64,000 nt of DNA from positions 154,670,098 to 154,734,097 of the forward strand of contig NC_068981.1 in the NCBI RefSeq assembly GCF_001194135.2, read 5' to 3'. This document shows, piece by piece, positions 53,643-64,000 of the stretch; the stretch's first letter is position 1, and each line of letters starts with the position of its first letter. The position numbers were made by a program, and so were the translations under genes. The DNA is from Octopus bimaculoides. Taxonomy: Eukaryota. Below the pieces are notes generated by a model. That model was not told the origin of the DNA. It did not search any database and saw only the letters and a list, made by a program, of their open reading frames with translations.

Positions 53643-54797
53643 TATAAGTGTTATCCTAAAAGTTATGCAAAAGTGAGCATAACATTTTTTATTACCAGGC
53701 ATAGGTCATTCAAATTGTACATGCTGGTAAAATAACTATCTCTCTCTATAGTAATTCTTTTCCCTGTTTTTATTCGTTGCAGGCTCATAACAGGTTCCAA
53801 ATAGAAGTAATATGCTGTTGTTCAGTTCTTAATGGATATGACATGAAGACAAGATGTGCACAGATGGATGAAAAAGTTTAAAGAAGAGGAAGCCAGCACT
53901 GAAGACAAACAACCATCAATTGTGACACTGACATGAATTTCCAGCAAGTGGATGAATTTATTCACATAGACAGATAAGTCTCAATCTGTAAGCACAACTG
54001 GATTGTGGTTAGAATGCATTAAGATGGTGGAAGGCTCTGGGTATTAGAAAGTACACACAAAAGGGGTATCTAGGCAGCTAGAAATTTGTGTTATGTTGGA
54101 AGTATTTGAAGTCAACAAAGATATGTCTCTTCCTGATCTTGTTACAAGGGATGAAACATGAATGTCTTTTTATGATCTGGAAATGTATGATGCCAGTCAA
54201 CAGAATGGCTTCACACCATTTCTCCAAGACAATAAAAGAGCTAATTATTGGCATAAAAAGTTATGGTGATTGTTTCTTAGAATGGTAAAAGCATCATTCT
54301 CTGTGATTTCTGGAACATGTGTGTATCAGCTACAGAAACAAAACTTAGAGAATCCATTAGAAGGAAAAGACGACACAAGAATCTGAAAACAATCTTCATT
54401 CACCACGACAATGCATGACTACACACATCTTTGACAACAAATTAGGCAATCAGCTAATTGAGCAGGTCAGTGGTCCTACAACCACTATACAGCATCCTCC
54501 AATTTCCACTTGTTTGGTCCTATGAAGACAAACTTCAGGGAGAGTGGTTTGGTGATATAGATGAGGTAAAAGAGGCTATGAAGAATTGAATGCAACAGTG
54601 CATATCTGAGTGTTTTCAAAGAGGATTCAAGAATTGGGTTCAATGATGGAACAAATGCATCACTTTTGATGGAGACTATACTGAGTGGTGCCTTTGTATA
54701 GAGAAAAGATTTATAAATCAATTTGCAATTTAAACAAGCTATATTAGCTAATGAAAAAGTTATCCACTTCTGCATTACTTTTGGTACAACTCTCATA
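53643..54797 (+). mobile_element. Mariner DNA transposon, heavily decayed (third subfamily)
   Basis: TIRs match at 21 of 28 positions (tataagtgttatcctaaaagttatgcaa vs tatgagagttgtaccaaaagtaatgcag). Motifs VHRWMKKFKEEEASTED, HHDNA, FHLFGPMK, WNKCITFDGDY. Confidence 0.88.
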
Positions 54798-55705
54798 TAA
54801 TTTCTTTATTACTGTATGCATTGAAGTTTTAATGCATGGATGTGTGGGTTTTCTCTGAACACTCTAATTTCTGTGTATTATAAGAATGATTTTATTTCCA
54901 CGGGTGGTTTACTTCCCAACACTCTGGTTTCTATTTATTTCTCAAATTATTGAAGAATGAAAGAATTTCAAGAATAAAAGATAATATGTTATGTTCAATA
55001 ATAGTTTGAAATGAAATAAAACTGTTTTTACATTTACTTAATCCTATGTTCTTACTTAATTTGTTTGAATTCGATATATGTCATTTACACAATTATATTA
55101 CAAAATGTGCTATTAATATTGAATGAATATCTGTAGCACAGTGCATTAGCTACATGATTGCAACAATGTATTCGATAACAATTTCGTTTCTTAAATGAAG
55201 GATAACTTTTCAAGAGAAATCCAATAGTGTTCTATTACAATGAATATAACTTCATTAAGGAACAATTTTGAGACATTTATAGCTATTTTCCATATTCTAC
55301 TGGTGTGTGTGTGTGTGTATACATACACATACACATGCATATATGTATGTATAAATATGTACATATAATAAATCTATGTTTTATGTAAAATCATACATAA
55401 AAACAATCTAACATTAACTAAAAGAGCACTCAACACATTTAATAGAGTATTAAATCTATTTTTACATTCAATGTTCCCTTACAAAAATAAATTGTTATAT
55501 ATCTGCATATGTGTGTGTGTGTGTGTGTGCATGGATGCGTGTGTGCATGTGTCTGTGCACACGCATGCGTGTGTGTTCAGGTTAACACTGAATCCCATCC
55601 ATCAAATTATCATTTACAGAAGTTTCAATACTTGGTGTGCTTCTATTTTCAGTCTTCAAAGATGATTTGATTAACACCAATAAAAAGTCAATTGTACATC
55701 CATGC

Positions 55706-56930
55706 CAGCGACAGCTAAACTATAGCACATGTGCCAAAGTTGGTGCAGTGGATGATTAGAAATGGTGCATTGCACACTCATCTGTAATTCGTATATTTGA
55801 TACTCTTTTGCTCCAGAGATGTTAGCCAATACCAGTCCATTGAAGTCTGATAATCCTATACTCCTTTGTAATCATTTATGGGTTTATATTTTCCAAAAAT
55901 CAAACCTTGTTTTTACATTATTCATTACAGTACAAAAGAAAATGAGCAAACAGAAAAGCAGGAAATGATTATAAAAATGAATTCAATTAAAAGTGGGAAA
56001 ATGAATTCCTATTTATTTAGAGAATATTGCAAAATGTTACATTTGGAATGTGATGATTCTACCCAACATTCTGAGTTGTATTGAGTTTCTGGCAAAGAAT
56101 CCCAGAGAAGATTTTGGAAACTGAAAAATACTATCCATTATTTTCTCGGAAAGGAAAATGAACCGCCTGAAGAAAAAACCCTTCTATACAAGATAGCAAT
56201 TGGTTGTTTGATTTAAAATTTTTAGTTGACATAACTAGCTAGCTATGTCAATGATTTAAATTTGAATCTTCAGGATTAGAACAAATTGCTTTGCAGTTCA
56301 GTAAATGATATTAAGACAGTTAAGATTTAAAACTGTTCATCTCTCAAATGCAAGAGAACTTGAGAATTCGAACCAGTTTCTACACTTAGAAAAGCACAGT
56401 GAATGTGATGAGGATAATGACAATTTTACAAAATATGTAGAAAAAAAATTCAACCTTTTTGTAAGAGACATTTGAAAGTCATTTTTGTTATTTTGTTCGA
56501 GAAAATTGCATACACACATTTATGAAACCATTTTCACTTAGTGAAGGAAAAATAAATATATCATGAAAATGCCTAGTAATATACAAACAGAACTTATTTG
56601 TTTGAAAACAAATTCATTATTGAAAATGAAATTTGATTTGATTCCCTCAATTCCAAATGCTACTGATATGATTAATTTTTGATGATCATTACCCTGTGAA
56701 CATTTTCATAACTATGTAAATTTGCCCAGAGTTACATCTTTCATTTTGGAACGCTGCACAGATGTGAACAAATATTTTTATTCATGAAAGTGATATATAA
56801 AAGAAGAAAAACAACACGAAAATGAAGTCATGATTGACTGATTCAAATTTGAAGAATTCTCTGCTGTGCTCAGTAAATAATATAACTCCAAATATTAAAA
56901 GTTTGGCAACTTAAAAACAGATTAAAGTAA
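55706..56930 (+). mobile_element. hAT transposon remnant (Charlie/Buster, GTF2IRD2-like transposase C-half)
   Basis: QRRFWKLKNTIHYFL, SNWLFDLKFLVDIT, NDLNLNLQD, LKLFISQMQ, FHFGTLHRCEQIF. A possible left end cagcgacagctaaactatagcacatgtgcc lies at 55706. Confidence 0.8.
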
Positions 56931-57189
56931 ATAATGTCTACTTTTTTTATATTAAATCATTATAACACGTAAAAATGATAAATATATAATATATCTGTAT
57001 GAATATATTTCATGCAAGAATTGAATGGGAAACAACACTTAAATGATGCATTTGAACTCTTGTGTGAAAAAAATTGGTGCATGGAATGTAAAATGATGGC
57101 AAACCCCATGCTTCTGCACAAATACTATCTTTTGCATCAGTAAGATTAAAGAAATCAATGTAGCAGTAACTAAAAGCTTTGTTAAGATG

Positions 57190-57800
57190 AAAGTTTGAGT
57201 AAGTGATTGGAAGATGATATCATGAAAATTTCAGCAACTGTTTTATCAGGGAAAAAGCCCACTAAAACTTACATTGCATTAAGGAGGTTTTGCACTGGTA
57301 GCAATGATAAAGCAACGATGAAGGAGCTTGATATTATGGATGCAACCATAGACTACAATCTGGCCTGGGCAAAATATATCTCCACTGTATATAACACGTT
57401 TGGAACTTTATACAAAACTGCTAGCCAGTCGGACAAGGACACTAGAGCCACTATTTACAAAGTGCAAATTTGAAGCCTTCTGGAGTATACCTGCCTGTGT
57501 TGGATGAATATTTCATACAGCATGCTCAACTAACTCACTGCAGTTCAAAAGAAAGCTCTCAGGATCATTGCAGTTGATGATTCTAATACTGTGAAAATGT
57601 GTACCATCATTTATCTAGACATTGCCTGAACAACAGCTTGTGTTGGCAAACTCTGGAGTAGATTATCAGTTGTATCCTAACAAACAGAAACTCTACAAAT
57701 AATCTTTATTTTGCTTGTATATTCAATCCTGCCTGATTTAGTACACTATGTATGAACCAAGAATATACAACTGAAAATGGGGAAACATCTGGTCATCTAC
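57190..57800 (+). mobile_element. CR1/L2-like LINE, RT C-terminal remnant
   Basis: ELDIMDATIDYNLAWAKYIS, TRATIYKVQI*SLLEYTCLCWMN, AVQKKALRII. Confidence 0.75.
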
Positions 57801-57929
57801 TCCACTGAGAAAATCCTACAAGCTTTATACCATGCACCTTACACTTCATTTGTAAAATTAAATGAGTAGTCAAGTATATAAGGAGGAAAGCCTTCTCCTT
57901 CTGGAAAGGTACGTCTGTAACATTATGAA

Positions 57930-58440
57930 ACATTTATGTATTTAGGAAATGAGAATACCTCCTGTCACAATTTAAGAACTTCAAAAACTTAGAACCTTAT
58001 TAGCTCAATTTATAAAACAGCTAAGATTCAGACAACATATCAATCTTTCCAGAACACCATAAACAACTATATGGCATCTTTAAAACAATCACCTAACATC
58101 CATGTACTTGCAGACAAAACAAAATATATACAAAGTAAATAGTGCCACGCAAACATTAATCTCTTACTAAAAAATGACCAAAACATTTTAAAACCTAGTC
58201 CTACTATCAATAACTCTATAAACATAGAAATAAAGAAGACCAGCCAGTTAGTTGAAAATGGATCACATACAGTGCTTTGTCATTATTCTAGAAGACTATA
58301 AGGTCAGTTTCCCTTTTAAACCAAGGAGGAGGTTAATAAGTGAATTAAGAATTAACTAGGTCTGTTTAACAAATGTATCCTCAACACAATTAGCTTTAAG
58401 ATTAGAGATACTATGATAACAACACAATGAAACTCAAAAG
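57930..58440 (+). mobile_element. Penelope-like element, N-terminal RT remnant
   Basis: FQNTINNYMASLKQSPNIHVLADKT and IILEDYKVSFPFKPRRRLI resemble PLE motifs VxADKTxN and ITLKDHKxxFxxxPxCRLI. Confidence 0.6.
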
Positions 58441-59281
58441 AAATCAGAAGAAGCATGCAAAAGAGGAAACTACACTGATATGCATTTGTGAAAAACAAGT
58501 ACTATGCAACCCAGGTAGAAGGAGCTGCTGAAGACAAGAATCAAGGAAGACGTGAAAAGTAGTGAATACTGATATTAAGAAACTGAACCCCATGAAGGAG
58601 ATTAGAGACAATCACAACAACTGGTGAGGCACTGTGCTAGAGAAAACATTTCCAACCCATGCAAGCATGAACAAACAGGCATGGTGATGCTACTACTGCT
58701 GATCATGAGATGGTTATGTAATGTGAACACAGATAAATGTCTCCTAATATATGACAGTTGGGCTTACAGAATAAAGCAGATATGAGTTGGATCTCCCCAC
58801 AACACTTCCAGATTGAATGCTGTTCTGCCTTATATCATATAACAGTGATTTTTAATATAGGTACAAGACAGTAAATTGAAGGGAAAATAGTTAACTCAAC
58901 TCCTGCACTGACGAGTACTTATTATTAATTCTCAGAAGAATGAAAACAGTAATCCAGAATATGACTAGATTGCTTATGTCAAGAAAAATGTATTCGGATG
59001 TGATAGGAACATGTTAAATATGCACAAAATTTTGAAAGTGGGAGCAACATGTTTTTTATTTAATAATTAGTCGAATTTTTGGGTGAAACTGGTTTTATTA
59101 AATTTCAGTATACTACTGGCAATTATTTTATCAACTTTGGACAGATAAAAGACAAAGTCAACCCTAGTGGGATTTGTACTCAGAATCTAGAGGTGTAATT
59201 AGGTTCTGGAAGATATTTGGTCTAAAGTTCTAACAGTTCTGCCAATCTACTACCCTTGTCTCAGGTAATATTCTCAGAAGC

Positions 59282-59496
59282 TGGTGGTGAACTGGCAGAA
59301 ATGTTAGCATGCTGGGCGAAATGCTCATTGGTATTTCATCTGTCTTTACGCTCTGAGTTCAAATTCCACGAGGTCAACTTTGCCTTTCATCCTTTCAGGG
59401 TCAATAAATTAAGTACAGTTGCATACTGGGGTCGATCTAATTGACTAGCCCCTTCCCACCAAAAACATTTTGTGCCATGTGCCTAGAGTAGAAAAG
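59282..59496 (+). mobile_element. SINE with perfect 15-bp target-site duplication
   Basis: aatattctcagaagc at 59267-59281 and 59497-59511. Body has a tRNA-like head and the central caactttgcctttcatcctttcagggtcaataaattaagtac block. Confidence 0.9.
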
Positions 59497-62420
59497 AATA
59501 TTCTCAGAAGCCTGGTATCTTCTCCCAATAACTACATATACTGATGTAATTATAGAATGATTTAAATACAAAATAAAATACTAACAATAAATTTAAACTT
59601 AAGACCAAACATATGCTCCACTGGCATTTTCAATTCTATAATTGGAATGGATAATATATACTGGGTTAAAGAATCGATGTGAGTTAATGATGGAAAGTAC
59701 CTGTAATGCAGGTAGATCAAGACTGGCAATAATTCTGATAGATCAGATTCGTAATCATATTATTTCACAGATGAAATGATACATGATTGATCTGAGATAC
59801 TGTATTGCAGATTTGCCCAAATGATGCCAGCATAGAAAGCCAGATGTTAAAACAATGATTTTGATTGTAAGAAATGTTTTCCACTCAAATGCTCTGTCTA
59901 CCTCATGCCAGCTACGCAAGATTAGTATCATATCCAGGTATCAGCTAGCTAGACAGTTTATATAATGAACCGTTTCATGATTCATAGTAATGTTTTGGAT
60001 TCATGTTACACACATCTATTTGTATTATACAAATGGAATATATGACATACAATAGATATTCACATGCTGTACAATACATACGTAGTACACGAATACAAAT
60101 TAACTTTCAAGTCATTCAAAATGATATGTTCATGAAATCAATATATATAAGATGGAACAGAAAGTGTTTATTAACTCTGGTTGATAATCCTTTCAAATGA
60201 AGAAGACCTTCAGAATATTCTTATTTTCTTTTTGTGTTTGTGTGTTCTGATATCAACGAGCAGTTTCTATAGATTTACTCCTTTATGTAAAGATTATGAA
60301 TTAATGCATACTACTAATTCCCAATACAACAAATGTCATGCATTGAGAAGATAAAAATCTACGTGTTGATCTTACACTATCTTCACATAAAAAGAATTAG
60401 CCGTGACATGTAAGGTGTTCATAGTGTTAATGTGAATACATATTTGACATTTCCTGCTGTGGAGAGTAACATCAATATAAAGATGTGTATAAATACACAC
60501 ATGCACACACGCACACAGGCTTATGACCAGGACATTAAAAGTCAGTTATAAACTGCCAAGTGTTTTCAACAAAGTATTGATTTGTAAAGTTCTAACAGAG
60601 GAATTGGTTTTCATGAGAATAAAAATAAGATTGGTCATGAATTATTCTTTCCTTAGATATCTAAATTCTAAATGGCATCCTCTGCTAAGCTATATATTAA
60701 ATCAACGAGCTGTCCTTGGCGTATCATTTCCTAGAGTGAGCTTTTTTATCTATGATAATATATCAACAGTACTATATTGATTTTAAATTGTCTAATTAAG
60801 TCCTTTCATACTTTTAATCAAGGTTTGTAACAGGCTGAATCAATAAAGTGCTGGTTTCCCTGTCAAATAATCATTTGTATTACATCACCAATGTCAAATA
60901 ATGTCCCCAGTGAAAAAAATTAAACATCAATAGTCCAAGCTACCAAGCTGTAAATAGGTATGGAAAAGATCAGTGCCAGACTGTAAGCTGCATAGAAATA
61001 ATGGCAGACACAAAATGGGAATCACTCTTACTTCTTGAGAAAGTCCACACTTGAATCAGCTTTCAATAATAAACATTTCCACAATCTTTAATGTTTTCAG
61101 CTTCTGCCATGGTCATTGCATTGTATAACACAAATTTAATATATATGATACGTACAAAAGATATTTTCACACTGTACAAAACATAAAGTTAAATTCTTCA
61201 CTGATGTAACAATGGCTCAATGGTCTATGGCACATTATGCTTTTATTTAGCCACATCCTATTACATTAATGGGCTAATGAAGCAACAAATAATCACTTGA
61301 GAGGTTGACAATTTGTAATCAGTCATTAGTGGTGCCCAAACTAGACATTTAGCTCTTAATGACTCATCCTAACCTGTTGTATATAGGTATTCCAGAAGGG
61401 TATAGTTTCCTGATGAAAGCAGTAGCAACCCTGTGAAATTAACGAATGGTTTATGAGAATGCATTTAAACCCGTCATGTGTGACAGTTGGCATGTTATCC
61501 AGGTAGAAATTTGACATCCATTTAATATAACAAAAAACAGAATTAAATACCAGCTTAGAAGACCTTTCAGGTTTGTAAATGGATTATTTCAGAAAGAATT
61601 AAAAGCTTCAACTGAAAAACTGAAGGGAGTTTTAGAAGTGCATATAATAAATTTGGAAAAAAGTTCAAAAAGTATCATGCAGTACATAGTGTCACGACTA
61701 TTTGAATTGTTATGTAACTTCAATGAAATACCAGTTTTAATTTGATAGATAACTATCATATAAAGCTCAAATTAGACCAGATTGGATGACAGATTAGATT
61801 ATGTTTCTGCATTAGCTTTTCTATACAACCCTATAAATTCCTGTAAAAAAATGCAATTTGTATTCTTTCCTAACAAATACACAATTATGAAAGGCCCTCT
61901 TCAGTCCATTAGCTCTAGTTAAAGCACTTACAGAAATAAAAAGGAGGTCTACAACAACAATCAAATATTCAGTTTCCTTTTTGCTAGAAACAAATACAAT
62001 TGTGTCATTTTAACCATTTCAGAACACAGAGAATCTGTTAGCTTCACTTTTTTAAATTTTATTTATTTATCTATTTTAAAACTTTTTTCTCATACTGTGT
62101 ACCTTGAAATGTCTCTCACTGAACAAATCACACTTTTGTGACTTAGTCACTTACATAATTTTCCTTTTGGTCACATTTCTCTGGCCTTGTAATTGACACA
62201 ATACCACTGCAAAGAAATTGTGTCAGTGACCAGGCTACAGAAGCAGGATAAAATATTTTGAGACTTCACAATACTATTAAGAAATAAAATAAAGTGGAGA
62301 TAACAGTTTTTGTGTTTTTAAATGCAATTGTTTCATTTTCAGTATGTAAGCAACACAGAATGCATGCAAGCATACATGCATGCATACATACATGCATACA
62401 TACCAATCTGCCCATACACA

Positions 62421-62549
62421 TACATACATACAAAAATACCCTATTGTTGATGTTGAAATTCCAATGAAGGAGTCTTGGATCTCGGCTACAAACTGGCTCT
62501 TTGTCTATCGACAATAAATCTTGAAATAAAACTGAATAATGACATACAT
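62421..62549 (+). mobile_element. 3' UTR-only copy of the R4/Dong-like element at 63077
   Basis: gttgaaattccaatgaagg...aaaactgaataatgacatacat matches 63415-63545. Preceded by CATA-rich repeats. Confidence 0.75.
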
Positions 62550-63076
62550 GGTTGTGTGGTAAGAAGGCGCAGGCATGGCTGCGTGGTAAGAAGCTTCCTT
62601 CTCAACCACATGGTCCCGAGTTCAGTTCCACTGCATGGCACCTTGGGCAAGTGTCTTCTACTATAACTTCAGGTTGATCAAAAGTGGATTAGGTAAACGG
62701 AAACTGAAAGAAGGTTATGTGTGTGCGTGTGTGTGTATGTATGTATACATTTGTGTGTTTGTGTGTATGTATGTATACATTTGTGTGTTTGTGTCTGTGC
62801 TTGTCCCCCCCAACATCGCTTGACAACTGATGTTGGCATGTTTCCATCCCCATACTTTAGCGGTTTGGCAAAAGAGATCAATAGAATAAGTACCAGGCTT
62901 ACAAAGAATAAGTTCAGGGGTCAATTTCATTGACCAAAAGGTGGTGCTTCAGCATGGCCACAGTCAAAATGACTAAATCAAGTAAAAGAATAAAAGTATA
63001 CATACATACATACATACATACATGCATACATACGTACATACGTACATACATACATACATAAATACATACATACATA

Positions 63077-63545
63077 CAAGAAAATACCAACACTGAACTA
63101 TTCAGATTACAATCTGAACTATCCAGGTTACAAGTTCAGGTTTATAACTGTAATTACTGGGGCATTAGGATATGTAGCACACTGCCTAAATACCAATCTT
63201 GAGAAATTAGGCTTCTTAAAACCAGAAAGGAGAAAGATGATTCAAAGACTACAGATCTACGCCCTCACTGGAACTGTAAAAGTCCGTAAAACTTTCCAGA
63301 AGTTTATCATTTAATTATATATGAGTGTCTAAATATGCAACTATATGCATGACAATACATACATAAAGCAAAACATACAAATTTGTACATATACATACAT
63401 ATGTACATACATACTTACATACAAAACTACTCTGTTGATGTTGTTGAAATTCCAATGAAGGTGCCTTCTATCTAAATTAGAAACCAGCTCTTACTCTATT
63501 GGCGAAAAATCTTCAGATAAAACTGAATAATGACATACATACAAT
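63077..63545 (+). mobile_element. 5'-truncated R4/Dong-like (RLE) non-LTR retrotransposon
   Basis: 63142-63314 encodes FITVITGALGYVAHCLNTNLEKLGFLKPERRKMIQRLQIYALTGTVKVRKTFQKFII*, resembling the R4-clade C-terminus (PVIIGALG...LGTxKI). It is followed by a 3' UTR and flanked by (CATA)n. Confidence 0.7.
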
Positions 63546-63704
63546 CATTCATTTTTGTGTCTGCTTTCTCATGCTAGCTAGATGAATATATTATGCAGGA
63601 AACAATCACAGACATACTCACATGCAAACATACACACAAACTCGTTATATATATATATTTATGCATGTATGTACGTATGTATGTTTGTATGTGTGTATGT
63701 GTGA

Positions 63705-63754
<50 letters not shown>

Positions 63755-64000
63755 CTTCTTCTAGTTGCCACCTATTATATCCACTCACAAAGCTTTGGTT
63801 TCCTGGGGCTTCAGTACTAGCTTAAAGTGGTGCATGGGATTGAACCTGAAACTACATGGCTGGGAAGTAAACTTCTTAACCATATAGCCATATCAGGGCC
63901 TATAAATATATATATATAGGTGCAGGTGTGGTTGTGTGTTTAAAAAGTTTGCTTCCCAGCCATGTAGTTTCAGATTCAGTCCTGATGTGCACCACTCTGC

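Noticed and set aside
61514-61743. Stop-free plus-strand frame (…FVNGLFQKELKASTEKLKGVLEVH…)
   Set aside because: No recognisable family, no convincing donor site, and the length is compatible with chance in 64 kb.

Overview
AT-rich animal genomic DNA from a gapped draft assembly (eight N-gaps). The SINE and microsatellite content suggests a coleoid cephalopod such as Octopus; this is inference, not a database result. Only one host coding exon is well supported: a 167-nt minus-strand ankyrin exon (8002-8168) matching the N-terminus of inversin (INVS/NPHP2). A candidate 39-nt in-frame micro-exon lies 4.5 kb upstream of it. The rest is intronic or intergenic DNA densely filled with decayed mobile elements: three mariners, two copies of one Tc1 family, a DD37D maT element, a Tigger/pogo, a hAT, an internally deleted Helitron, three Penelope-like elements (PLEs), RTE, CR1/Jockey-like and R4/Dong LINE remnants, a probable solo LTR, tRNA-derived SINEs and many microsatellites. 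The most notable signals are a minimal type I hammerhead ribozyme with a non-canonical core at the 3' end of a near full-length PLE, a second decayed hammerhead, apparent microsatellite-targeted insertion, and several fold-back structures (an 800-bp palindrome, a 98-bp hairpin, a head-to-head SINE pair). I found no CRISPR array, rRNA, intact tRNA or intact transposase ORF. All translations and alignments were done by eye, and family assignments rest on recalled motifs.
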